A stretch of 64,000 nucleotides of DNA. Origin: Balanoglossus misakiensis (Eukaryota; Animalia; Hemichordata). The stretch's first letter is position 1, and each line of letters opens with the position of its first letter. This document shows positions 23,691-37,054 of this stretch, in pieces. The position numbers and the translations under genes are program-made. The stretch is taken from contig CM082593.2 in NCBI GenBank assembly GCA_040954595.2, positions 9,309,200 through 9,373,199 on the forward strand, written 5' to 3'. The notes beneath the pieces were generated by a model, which was given only the letters and a program-made list of their open reading frames with translations, was not told the DNA's origin and did no database searches.

Positions 23691-24453
23691 GGAGACGTGT
23701 AAACTGCGGAAATGTCGAGCAAATCTCGTGACAATTGCAAGGGAGTGGATGGTTGTTAGTGAAGATACCAAACGCGAATGTGAGTTGTTCTGTGCACGCA
23801 CCAGATGGCTGATAGAATTCGCGTGCCGCACAGAAGAATAAAGCATCGAGTTTCGTAGCATGTTTACGCCATCAGCACATTGTATCGAATTCAGGTACGA
23901 TGTAACGTTATCCTATACCACAATATCCCACCTAAGGCATACATGCAAAATTACTTCTGCTGCGGCGAGAGGTCTCAGAGAGGGAAAGTCTCACTATACA
24001 ATCCCACGACAGTCAAAACATAAAACTAAAAAAATTCGGTCTAAGTTTGATATCATTGTGTTGTACACTTTCTGTTCATTTTGTTTAAATGGGAGAGTTC
24101 CCGGAGACGAGGATGGTAACTGTACTTGTATAGCAAACAGAGGTAGAAGTACAGTGAATTATTGTTGTATTTCAACAAGATTGTTTCTGTATATCACTCG
24201 GTTTGAAATCCCTACAGTGTTTGGATCTGACCATTTTCCGTTGATATGTAATCTTAAAGGGACAAAGTCCTCTCTCTTGCTGCCCTTTTCCATCAATTAT
24301 GTTTGATACAAGATACCGTTTATGTTAATTGGCGTGATTTTTCACTCTCGTATCTACAAGTGGGATGGAAGTTGTCTGTGGTTGAGCGTTCATTCACTAC
24401 ATATACACATGTACTTGGAGATAAATATTCTTAGCCTTATAGTTCAACCACAC

Positions 24454-25757
24454 AAAGAAGTATTTTTGTGATAAATTGCAACTGTCTGTAGCCTCTGGGA
24501 AGGACCACAAAAAATGGCAAGTCATCAATGAAATCTTGAACAAAAATTCAAAGGTTAATGCTCCACAAAAAATAAAAGATGACAAACACCCCGGGAATTT
24601 TGTTACTAAAAATTTTGATATAGCTGACGCCTTTAATTTTTTTTTGTCAACATTGGACAAAATCTAGCATCACAAATACATTGTAGCGCTATCTAGCATC
24701 ACAAATACATTGTAGCGCTAATTTCAATGATTGCCTTGGTATTCGTCATTTTCATTCTTTCTTTTTCCATCCTGTGCATTCTGGTGATATACTCAGAGAA
24801 ATTAATGTATTAGATCATTGTAAAGCTGCTGGTTTTGATGGTATTTATCCAAAACTTGTAAAGGAATCAGCTGATTATATTACAGAACCATTTGCTCATA
24901 TTGTTAATATTTCCTTGTCACAGGGTATTTTTCCAGAGAAACTGAAAATGGCAAGAGTAACACCAATTTTTAAAAAGGGTTGTGTTCATGATATAGGAAA
25001 TTACAAACCTATCTCTGTCTTGCCAATCTTTAGTAAGCTGTACGAGTCTATTGTAAATAAGCAACTGTGTTCTTTTTTTGAAAAATTTGATATTCCCACT
25101 AACAGCCAATATGGATTTCGTAAGAAATTTAGTACCAAGTTAGCTTTAGCAGATCTCACAACTGAAAAAGCACATTGATAACGGTATCTTCATTGATTTT
25201 TAAAAGGCATTTGATACGATTAACCACACAATTTTGTTAGCTAAGCTATGCCACTATGGGATTAGGGGATCCACACTTAATTGGTTTAAGACTTATATAG
25301 AAGACCGACAACAGTATGTCAAGGTCAATAATTATACTTCAAAAGTGAAAAGGATCTCCTGTGGGATTCCACAGGGATCAATTCTAGGTCCACTTCTTTT
25401 TCTAGTATATATAAATGATATCTGCAGGTCCTCAGACTATTTTCAACTCAGGTTATTTGAAGATGATACCAATTTATTTTGTTCAGATAAGCAGGACAAA
25501 ATCGATCTTGCCACTCTGAATGTTTAGCTAACTAAAGTACAGACCTGGTGTAAGTCAAATAAACTTACTATTAATATTGACAAAACAAACTATGTTATTT
25601 TCAAAACAGCCCAGGCAAAATTTAATCCTGAGGGGGATTTATATGTCTCTGATTTACCAATACAAAATGTTTCGTCTGCTGTTTATCTTGGAGTTACTCT
25701 TGACTCATCATTATCCTGGAAGTCTCACATCAACATTATTTTTAAGAAGGTTAGCCA
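24454..25757 (+). mobile_element. CR1/L2-type LINE ORF2 fragment, copy 1 (truncated at both ends, frameshifted)
   Basis: RT motifs KMARVTPIFKKG, QYGFR, GIPQGSILGPLLF and FEDD; near-identical to 30260-31557. Confidence 0.93.
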
Positions 25758-28700
25758 TGATCATACATGCGTTTTTCTTTAAAAATGTCCCTAACAGTAA
25801 TTTTCATCCTGACTTTCATTCTGACATAACAGTTATATGTTGAGATGACTGTCCATGATACGATGCAGGATGCAAAAATATCACACTGAAGCCATTTACA
25901 TATGACAATTACCTGGAAATAAATATTCTAAGCTTAATAGTTCAACCTCACTTGCGTTATTTGTTTCATTTTTTCTCAAATTGGTTTAAATAAATGCATT
26001 AACGGGCATTTATTTGAATCTGGTTCTTCTCTCAGAATTTTTGTTTTATGTTTCAACCACATCACACATTTTCTTGTTCTCCTGCCTGGAATTTATCCCA
26101 AAATGTCTATGAGTCAACAAGTCATGTTTACGTGTGTAGACCATTCTTACTATTAAGAAATGCATTCAAGTCCGGGCTTGAATGCATTTTTTGTCAACAA
26201 AAACACATGCTGGTAGAGTTGAGAAGACAAATACTAATCCTGATATAGGGAGCCGAACAAGAAACCATGGTTTACACACAGAACAATAAAACTGACAAAA
26301 TAGTCACAAGTTACAGATAGTTGTGCCAGTTTTATTATAGAGATTAATGACGGAAAATGCACTTTTGTCGAATAGAGTGTCTGTTTCATAGCCAGCGACT
26401 TATGACAGTTACAAGGCCAACAAAGATGTTTTCCAGTTGCATGGAGAAGCTTCAATAAAGATTTAATAAACTAGCATCTCTGAAATCATGTACGCCTATT
26501 TTGGGACCTCTCTGTTAGCATATAGCGCAACTGCACATTAATTGACAGAGAAATATCCATGTGTGCACATATCGTGCACTTACTGTGTTGCGATAGGCTC
26601 TGGCTACCTGAGCCTTGAAATGCATCGTCGCCCGGGCCGGTTGCGTGTTATACTCGAAATAACCATTTGCTAATTTCTAACAGCAATTACTTTTCTTGTA
26701 GATGTTCACTTAGTAAATACAGTTTAATTTTTCGTGTAATACATATACATTATTCTCTATTTAGGTATGTGGTGTTTAACAGTAAGATGATAAGATTTCT
26801 TGGGCGATGGCTAAAGTATCTTCGTCCTGTTCTTTCTTCCATTGACATTACAAATAACTTGCTGCAAGTTTATACATATGATATCCATAAGTCATGTGTC
26901 AAAATATTCTTTCCCACTTTACATGTGCACAAGTTTTCACTGTGTGAAATGTTCCGTATCCATCGAGTTACAACAGAATCCATTTTGATGGATTCTTACA
27001 ATATACAATGGAATCCACAGAGAATCCTTCGATATCCTCTAGATGGTATCCAGCATAAGAATATACAATGGATTCTCACAGTATCCACAAATCTTTGGTA
27101 TTTGAGAATACATTTCAGAATCCTTTGTGGATACCGCTGGATACTGTTACCACAATGCATTGCGGTATTACTGTCTAACAGTAAGAGCGAGAATCCATCA
27201 TTCAAACCATTGGATTCTGTTGCCGTTATGCATTTTGGGTTTCAAAGGCGAAGTTGAGCATAGCAACATGGAAGGGTCACCAACAAAATTTTAAAAATCT
27301 TAAAAGTTTGAAACATTGTATTTTTCACATAGCTGACTAATTACTCGGGCTTCATGCTAATGGTTGCGATGTCTAAGCTAAAGTGGACGTTCAGCACTAA
27401 TATGCAATTTGAACTGAGATTAAGCCATGATTTCTCTCTAAGTAGTAATTGATTTAAACATTTAAATTCTCTGTGCTCTTGGTTCAGTCCTGGACTCTAC
27501 CGCTTTGGTGTGTTACAACGCATATTGTTTAATTTTGTATGCTTGGTCGAGAAATGCACAATAGCTTGGTTAAATTGAGAGGTTCGTAGGTGTATCTTGA
27601 AATAAGAGGCATACCAGAATTGCCAAATGAAAATACTGATACAGTAGCCCTGAAAGTCATCCAACTCATAGAAAAAGACATAACCAGTTCAGATATTGAC
27701 GTGTCACATCGAATCAAGAAACGTCAAGCACTCGGCAATGAACACATTGACCACGGTACCAATACCCGGTTTCCTGCCGCAATCATTGTGCGTTTCACCA
27801 GAAGAAAAATTCGTGACGCGGTCTACAAGCAACGCAAAAATATGTCTCGCTTCAAAACATCGGACATTGGCTACCAAGTAGAAAACAAGATATACATCAA
27901 CGAAAATCTGACACCAGGACGAAGATCTTTATTCACAAAGGTAAATGCCAGAAGAAAAGAATATGGATGGAAATACTTGTGGACGCAATACGGAAAAATC
28001 CTGACAAAGAAAGTCGACGGGTCACCAACTGTCTACATTCCGAATGAGGAAAGTCTCGCCAAAATCTGCTAGGCGTCCTTTAACTACTACATCATAGTGT
28101 ACAAGCAAACTCATCATCGGCGAAACCACAGACCACTTCTTGCAAAGTAACTATAATTGTAAGTCTTATACTTTGGACGAATTTAATGCAAACGATTCCC
28201 TTCTGACTCTGCAGTCATTTTCAACTCTTCATTTGAATATTAGATCGATCAGACGTCACTTTGATGACTTGTCAGTTGTTCTGTCGCTATTGAAATGCAA
28301 ATTTTCTGTCATTGCCCTCAGTGAAACATGGCTAGACCCAGGTGTTGATGCATCATTATATAACCTCCCTTCATACAACTTTGTTCATAAATGTAGAGCT
28401 GTTTCCAGAGGAGGAGGTGTTGGTCTCTATTTACACGAGTCGTTATCATACTCTATAATAGACTCAGTTGTTCTCCAACATTGCGAATGTCTTTTTGTTG
28501 AAATCCTACTTGAAAAAAGCAAGGTCATCATAGGTGTCATATATCGCAGACCAAATACACCTACTCAGGAATTTTTAACCAGTTTATCAGATTGTCTTGA
28601 TAATCTACGCATTACCAACAAAAAATGCGTTTTACTAGGGGATTTCAATATAAATATAGATGGCGATAACACTGTCTTTAATGAATATATCACTACTCTT

Positions 28701-28820
28701 AGTGGTAATAATTTTTATCAAATCATGGATGTACCGACCAGAATAACTACTCACACCTCCACATTAATAGATCATTGTCATGTAAATTTTCGTGACCAGT
28801 TCATTGAAAGTGAGACAGTA

Positions 28821-29839
28821 TACACATGATGATTGACAATGAGGGCAACAGTTAAATAATAACACATGTTAGCGAGGGCAATATCATGATCTTTGGCCTG
28901 CACGAGGGATGGTGATCTCTGACCATAATATTGATGATGCCCGAGCCGCAGGCGAGGGTATCATCAATATTATGGTCAGAGATCACCAGCCCGAGGGCAG
29001 GCCAAAGATCATGATATTGCCCGAGCATGACATGTGTTATTAATTTTATTATACCGAACATTTGACTATACATACAGCCTAGAGGGTTGCGTCCATGTCG
29101 TACATTGCAGGTTGCAGCGAACTAAAATATCTCGCCATACCTACTTCGAACTCAGATAATCTTGACGAAACCGCGCTGTTGGTTGCGACTTTGGTGTATT
29201 TACTGCCCGTTTGCGGTAAAATATCGTCCAGTTGAACAGGTGGTAATCCTGTGTGTCGCTTTGAAGCCATATATGCGGGAGTTGACTGATCATTCAGAAG
29301 AAAGGAACTGCGGTCGAGCATATTTTATATTTTACACTCCGTAAAGGAAGCCATTGAACGACAGTTTGTTATGCGCAGAAAAGATGCGTAGAACCTAAAA
29401 CCTGTTCTCAGCCTGCAATATTCTCTCAGCGCGCGCGTATCCCCGGCCCGTAGCCCCTACCTACGGGCCATAGACTCTGTCAACCATGTAATATCACGTT
29501 CTTTTCTATGTCACGTGGTACGGTCTCAGCCAATCAATAGTACGGAATACAGAGTGAGGTATAATAATGTATTTTGATGACCGAGGTGCTGCTAGTCACA
29601 ACTAAAACAGTCTTGTTTTCCCGAGGGCATAGCCCGAGGGAAACAGACTGTTTTGGTGTGACTGGCAGTCCCGAGGTCATTAAAAATACACTGTTGCCCG
29701 AATATGTCAGTCATCATGTGTTTTATAACACACCAAACCGATCGAACTGATGCCCTAGGCAACAGTTCGAAATGACTAATGTCACGTGACGTCGTATTGA
29801 CGAATCACGATCGAGGGTTCGCTGCATGGTGTGTTATAA
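28821..29839. mobile_element. Palindromic-ended non-autonomous element (outer) inserted in the LINE endonuclease
   Basis: TA on both sides; removal restores ..ETVQTDISDH; long hairpin centred on CCCGAGGGCATAGCCCGAGGG plus TTATAACACACCA/TGGTGTGTTATAA. Confidence 0.8.
28853..29568. mobile_element. Second palindromic-ended element (inner) of the same architecture
   Basis: ~185-bp hairpin at 28856-29042 centred on CCCGAGCCGCAGGCGAGGG plus TTATTATACC/GGTATAATAA; splits the left arm of the outer hairpin. Confidence 0.8.
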
Positions 29840-32800
29840 TACAGACTGATATAAGTGACCATTATCCCATCTTTGCCATCTTTAAGGATTTACGCCATGT
29901 ATTCAATGTTGAAACAACTGATTTCAAGTGTGATTTTTCTTCATTTGATCCAGTTTCTTATAAAATTGACTTTGCAAATATTTCTTGGCAGGATGTTTAC
30001 GACTCTAATGATCCGAATGTTGCCTATAATACCTTTTACAAATTGTTTCATGATATGGCAACAAGACACGTGCCAGTCAAACGGTGTTCAAACCAGCGTA
30101 AGCGCTCACGGAAACCATGCATCACAAAAGGACTTCTGGTCTCAATTAAAAACAAGCATAAGATGTTCTCCAAAACAAAACGCCATTCTGCAAGCTCATC
30201 TATTCATCAAGAGTACAAACTTTATCGCAACCTGTTAACAAAGCTGATGCGACGAGCAAAAAAGAAGTATTTTTGTGATAAATTGCAACTGTCTGTAGCC
30301 TCTGGGAAGGACCACAAAAAATGGCAAGTCATCAATGAAATCCTGAACAAAAATTCAAAGGTTAATGCTCCACAAAAAATAAAAGATGACAAAAACCCTG
30401 GGAATTTTGTTACTAAAAATATTGATATAGCTGACGCTTTTAATTCTTTTTTTGTCAACATTGGACAAAATCTAGCATCACAAATACATTGTAGCACTAA
30501 TTTCAATGATTACCTTGGTATTCGTCATTTTAATTCGTTCTTTTTCCATCCTGTGCATTCTGGTGATATACTCAGAGAAATTAATTTATTAGACCATTGT
30601 AAAGCTGCTGGTTTTGATGAAATATATCCAAAACTTGTAAAGGAAGCAGCTGATTATATTACAGAACCATTTGCTCATATTGTTAATATTTCCTTGCCAC
30701 AGGGTATTTTTCCAGAGAAACTGAAAATGGCAAGAGTAACACCAATTTTTAAAAAGGGTTGTGTTCATGAAATAGGAAATTACAGACCTATCTCTGTCTT
30801 GCCAATCTTTAGTAAGCTGTATGAGTCTATTGTAAATAAGCAACTGTGTTCTTTTTTCGAAAAATTTTATATTCTCACTAACAGCCAATATGGATTTCGT
30901 TAGAAATATAGTACTAAGTTAGCTTTAGCAGATCTCACAACTGAAATATCAAAGCACATTGATAACGGTCTTGTTACCTTTGGTATCTTTATTGATTTTA
31001 AAAAGGCATTTGATACGATTAACCACACAATTTTGTTAGCTAAGCTATGCCACTATGGGATTAGGGGATCCACACTTAATTGGTTTAAGATTTATATAGA
31101 AGACCGACAACAGTATGTCAAGGTCAATAATTATACTTCAAAAATGAAAAGGATCTCCTGTGGGATTCCACAGGGATCAATTCTAGGTCCACTTCTTTTT
31201 CTAGTATATATAAATGATATCTGCAGGTCCTCAGACTATTTTCAATTCAGGTTATTTGAAGATGATACCAATTTATTTTGTTCAGATAAGCAGGACAAAA
31301 TCGATCTTGCCACTCTGAATGTTTAGCTAACTAAAGTACAGACCTGGTGTAAGTCAAATAAACTTACTAATAATATTGACAAAACAAACTATGTTATTTT
31401 CAAAACAGCCCAGGCAAAATTTAATCCTGAGGGGGATTTATATGTCTCTGATTTACCAATACAAAATGTTTCATCTGCTGTTTATCTTGGAGTTACTCTT
31501 GACTCATCATTATCCTGGAAGTCTCACATTAACATTATTTTTAAGAAGGTTAGCCAAAAAATCGGTATTATTTCATATGTACGCCATTATCTCCCTAAGT
31601 CTATAATTTTATTATTATACAATTGTCTTATCCTTCCCCATATAATGTATTGTAGCGAAATATGGGGAAATGCGTATAAAACCTATTTAGATTGTATTTT
31701 CAAATTGCAAAAGAGACTTGTAAGACTTATAACATTTTCTAGCCCCAATACACATAGTGCACCACTTTTTCAGCAACTTGGAATTCTTAATGTTTACAAA
31801 CTCTGTAAATTTCAAACTTGTGTTTTTGCGTATGATCTAAAGGCAGGGCATTACGCCCACTCACTAGATCGCTATGCTTCATTTGTATCACACAAATATT
31901 TAACAAGATTTGCCTCTACTGATAAGTTTACGCTTCCCAAAGTAAAACTTACTTCATCTCAAAATAATTTATACTATTCTATTGCCAAGCATTGGAATGA
32001 AATTCCTACACAAATAAAATCAATTCAATCAAGGAATTTATTTAAAAGCTCTCTGAAAATGTATCTGTTGAGCATAGATTAATTTAACCTCTTTTATAAA
32101 CCTGTTTACTTTGTCACCGCGTTGTTTGACTACCAACTATTGTTTTGTGATATGAATTGGCAATTATATTAATTGTTTCAATGATTTGTATGTATTTAGG
32201 GCCAGGGACACGACTAGTTCCACTAGAACTACTTCCCTGGTCCGCACCAGTTATGTAAAATGCATCTTTCTGGTGAAATAAACTATCTATCATCATCATC
32301 ATCTGTGGCACAACGCATCAAGTCGCACCAGCTCAGGACAGCCGTTCAATTATCCAATGCTTGCCAGGAGTTATAACAAGGTAATATATGTAACATTTTT
32401 TCCTGCTAAAGTATGCTCTAGCCTCAACTGGTTGAATGCTTGTGTGGTAAAACAACCGTCTCATCAGAAAAACAAAACAACTTTGAGGAATTTTCTGTTC
32501 TCTAGAACTTATCAGATTTACTTTACCAATGTAATACTGTGATCATAGAATTCTCGACCAGTTGTATCCGCCTGTCAAAAATGTATTGAAATGCATGAAG
32601 TGACTAGAGCCATGGAACATGAGACCTCCATCAGAACAAAAGTCAATTCCACATAAATGTAGTTCCAGGTGTAAAAGGCATGTCCAGTTGAAGGTGCTAA
32701 AAGGCATGTCCAGTTGGAGGTGCTAAAAGGCATGACCAGTTGGAGGTGCTAAAGCATTGCATAATAACAAAAGGTAATCATTATGTATGTTTATTTGTTT

Positions 32801-33952
32801 CCCCACGGGAATGAGTCATCTGGAAGGAGTACAAACTCAAGCACAGAAGTTCATCCAAAGTCAGGAATTTATTATTGAAGCATTCAACTGTGAAAGTTCA
32901 AAAGCAGACAGGCGTTTGCCATCACCACAATTACAACTCAGAAACAATGGCCCCGGCCCGGAATACATTATGAATCAAGGAACCTAGTGTAACACGAACA
33001 TAATTGCAAACACAAACATATACATTTCTTAATAAAAAAGATAAAACATGAATTAAAATTACTACATCCCAAATAGGTCCCATTGTACTCCTAATCGAAA
33101 TAAAACAGTAAATGGAATAAAAGTTCTGAATTTACACATTCCGTGTCCAATGCAAAAGAGCATGACTAGAGCACGCTTGAACAAAATTCCGATCGTATAT
33201 CTCAATTATTATAGTGGCTTTCTTTCTAAAACTAAAGGCAGCAAATATCGGTGATATTTAATGCCATTTTCTAGCTGCAAGGTCACATGGGAAATTTTGA
33301 GGGAATGGGCGTGACCCCACGATTATTACTCTCATGCAGAATCCATCAAAATCAAGCAAAGATTTCTCTGGGAACTGTTACAGAGAATCCACTGAAATAC
33401 TGTAAAGGATTCTATTGTGGATTCTGAAAGTGTTCCGTATTTTACAGAATCCACTATTGGATTATATGTGGATTCTCTGAGTATCCACGATGGATATCTC
33501 AGGATTCTACTGGATTCTGTAAGAATCCACGAAAGAATCCACAACAATCCTTGGTGGATTCAGGCTATTTCACACAGTGTTTGATGGTGTATTTAATATT
33601 AAGGCCCATTGAGGTGAATTTTGCACAGCAGTCTCCAGTCCAAAATACATAAATACATAAATGAACCTCTTATAACAATTGTCGTCATTTCCAGAACAGT
33701 GTTGCTTTTGATGTGAAATGTCAGTTGTTACAATTAAAAGTTCTCATTGAACATTGTGTTGGAATAAGTTGAGATAGGAATAAGCTTAACATAACACTGC
33801 TCTTAGTCAAAATTCGTCACCTTCCTAGCATGCAACATTGTGTCACCTACCTTGTCAAGTGATTTGAAGGTAAGACCACAATCAGATAAAAATGCAGAAA
33901 TTTGATAAAATAAAATGACCACAAGTTTGACAAATTTCATTACACTATCACG

Positions 33953-36900
33953 TTTTTAGGTCCCATTGGTATGTACCATGGGACCTTATGGGATTGATTG
34001 CGTCTGTATGTATGGATGGATGTATGGATGGATGTATGGATGTATGTATGTCTGTATGTCCGTCCACATCAACAACTTGAAAACCACAGCGCGTATGACC
34101 TTGATATTTGGTGTGTAGATGCAGGCAGGGCTGTAGATGGGAGTTTGTTCAAATGAAGTTGTCATTGCCAAAAATATGCAAATTAGCTGGGAAAATGTGA
34201 CAAAACTCGGTAACTCAACAACCACTGGTCATATTGATTTGAAAATTGATATGCATGTACCTTATATCAACCTCATACAGTCCTGTATGTTTTGAGCTAA
34301 TATTATCGATTTCCTATTTTTTATGCATTTTTTTTTATTTTTCCATGTTATTCAATAAAAAGTCTTCATTTCTCAAAGTGATGGGCTTACTTCTTTGAAA
34401 TTTAGTATGAAGCTTCCTAAAATATTGATATAGCTGACGCTTTTAATTTTTTTTTTGTCAACATTGGACAAAATCTAGCATCACAAATACATTGTAGCGC
34501 TATCTAGCATCACAAATACATTGTAGCGCTAATTTCAATGATTGCCTTGGTATTCGTCATTTTCATTCTTTCTTTTTCCATCCTGTGCATTCTGGTGATA
34601 TACTCAGAGAAATTAATTTATTAGACCATTGTAAAGCTGCTGGTTTTGATGAAATATATCCAAAACTTGTAAAGGAAGCAGCTGATTATATAACAGAACC
34701 ATTTGCTCATATTGTTAATATTTCCTTGTCACAGGGTATTTTTCCAGAGAAACTGAAAATGGCAAGAGTAACACCAATTTTTAAAAAGGGCTGTGTTCAT
34801 GAAATAGGAAACTACAGACCTATCTCTGTCTTGCCAATATTTAGTAAGCTGTATGAGTCTATTGTAAATAAGCAACTGTGTTCTTTTTTCGAAAAATTTG
34901 ATATTCTCACTAACAGCCAATATGGATTTCGTAAGAAATATAGTACTAAGTTAGCTTTAGCAGATCTCACAACTGAAATATCAAAGCACATTGATAACGG
35001 TCTTGTTACCATTGGTATCTTTATTGATTTTAAAAAGGCATTTGATACGATTAACCACACAATTTTGTTAGCTAAGCTATGCCACTATGGGATTAGGGGA
35101 TCCACACTTAATTGGTTTAAGACTTATATAGAAGACTGACAGCAGTATGTCAAGGTCAATAATTGCACTTCAAAAGCGAAAAGGATCTCCTGTGGGATTC
35201 CACAGGGATCAATTCTAGGTCCACTTCTTTTTTTAGTATATATAAATGATATCTGCAGTTCCTCAGACTATTTTCAATTCAGGTTATTTGCTGACGATAC
35301 CAATTTATTTTGTTCAGATAAGCAGGACAAAATTGATCTTGCCACTCTGAATGTTGAGCTAACTAAAGTACAGACCTGGTGTAAGTCAAATAAACTTACT
35401 ATTAATATTGACAAAACAAACTATGTTATTTTCAAAACAGCCCAGGCGAAGTTTAAGCCTGAGGGAGATTTATATGTCTCTGATTTACCATTACATAAAG
35501 TTTCTTCTGCTATTTATCTTGGAGTTACTCTTGACTCATCATTATCCTGGAAGTCTCACATCAACATTATCTTTAAGAAGGTTAGCCAAAAAATCGGTAT
35601 TATTTCATATGTACGCCATTATCTCTCTAAGTCTATAATTTTATTATTATACAATTGTCTTATCTTTCCCCATATAATGTATTGTATCGAAATATAGGGA
35701 AATGCGTATAAAACCTATTTAGATTGTATTTTCAAATTGCAAAAGAGACTTGTAAGACTTATAACATTTTCTAGCCCCAATACACATAGCGCACCACTTT
35801 TTCAGCAACTTGGAATTCTTAATGTTTACAAACTCTGTAAATTTCAAACTTGTGTTTTTGCGTATGATCTAAAGGCAGGGCATTACGCCCACTCACTAGA
35901 TCGCTATGCTTCATTTGTATCACACAAATATTTTACAAGATTTGCCTCTACTGATAAGTTTACGCTTCCCAAAGTAAAACTTACTTCATCTCAAAATAAT
36001 TTATACTATTCTATTGCCAAGCATTGGAATGAAATTCCTACACAAATAAAATCAATTCAATCAAGGAACTTATTTAAAAGCTCTCTAAAAATGTATCTGT
36101 TGAGCATAGATTAATTTAACCTCTTTTATAAACCTGTTTACTTTGTCACCGCGTTGTTTGACTACCAACTATTGTTTTGTGATATGAATTGGCAATTATA
36201 TTAATTGTTTCAATGATTTGTATGTATTTAGGGCCAGGGACACGACTAGTTCCACTAGAACTACTTCCCTGGTCCGCACCAGTTATGTAAAATGCATCTT
36301 TCTGGTGAAATAAAACTATCTATCTATCTATCTATCTAATGGTTGTCTGAGTAACCATAGTTTTGTTCAAATTGTTGCAAAATTTGCATATTTATTATTT
36401 TGAGCAATATTTGCCATATTTGGTCAATTTTTTTTTCCTTAAAACCGCATGCCAGATGGCTTTGCAATTTGGTAGGCATGTTCGTAGGGGTAACCTAAGT
36501 AATATGCTGTAAAAAAATTTGATATCTGCATAAATGTGTTATCGGGGAAACTTTTGCAATTTTTGTCAATTTTTTTTTTGTCTGAAACTGCTTGTCATAT
36601 TGCATTGAACTTTGGCAGCATGTTCCTTGTAGTGATTGAAGTAAGATTTGCAAAATTTTGGTGATATTTGCATATTTGTGTTTTTGCCACTTTTGAACAA
36701 ATATTTTCTGTGAAACTGCTCGTTGGATTGCTTTGAAATTTGTTTTTTCTCTGATTGCTTTGAAATTTAGGATATAATTTCATAACACATGTGTCTGTTC
36801 CAGGGCTGACTGAAAGAAGTTTCTTCTCATTTGTGTTTGTACAGACAATTTTTGGTCAATTGTTTTTCTAGCATCAGTTGTAAGACTGCCATGACACATG

Positions 36901-37054
36901 ACAGTTTATTGGGCATGTTCCTTATTAATTTTTTTACATTCCATATTTCTATATGGTGAGATCATATCTGATAGCAATGTCACCTGTAATTTTTATCTGG
37001 TGTGTCACTGTTTCCGCATAATCCTCAAATGGGACCACAGTGTCCTTGACGCTA
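33953..37054 (+). mobile_element. Helentron-associated non-autonomous element (HINE/DINE-1-like) hosting LINE copy 3
   Basis: Lies in T-runs; subterminal IR GGTCCCATT/AATGGGACC, 5' palindrome, (TGGA/TGTA)n microsatellite, internal TTGAAATTT repeats, 3' stem-loop AGTGTC-CTT-GACGCT. Confidence 0.75.
34417..36337 (+). mobile_element. CR1/L2-type LINE copy 3 (5'-truncated)
   Basis: RT with FADD and in-frame stops, same 3' UTR as copy 2, (TATC)n tail, CTAA at both junctions. Confidence 0.93.

Larger units (their letters stand above)
27590..32303 (+). mobile_element. CR1/L2-type LINE copy 2 (5'-truncated ORF1, EN-RT ORF2 with stops, 3' UTR, microsatellite tail)
   Basis: ORF1 LEIRGIPE..IDVSHR..IYINENLT; EN HLNIRS, LSETW, GDFN, LIDH and SDH; RT; AATAAA followed by (ATC)n. 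Confidence 0.95.
26938..33579. mobile_element. Non-autonomous CMC/EnSpm(CACTA)-like element hosting LINE copy 2
   Basis: TIRs CACTGTGTGAAAT/ATTTCACACAGTG, TT(T) on both flanks, dense subterminal GAATCC/GGATTC repeats at 26970-27220 and 33335-33560. Confidence 0.75.

Noticed and set aside
32673-32752. 26-bp tandem repeat, three copies
   Set aside because: Ordinary slippage repeat inside a transposon
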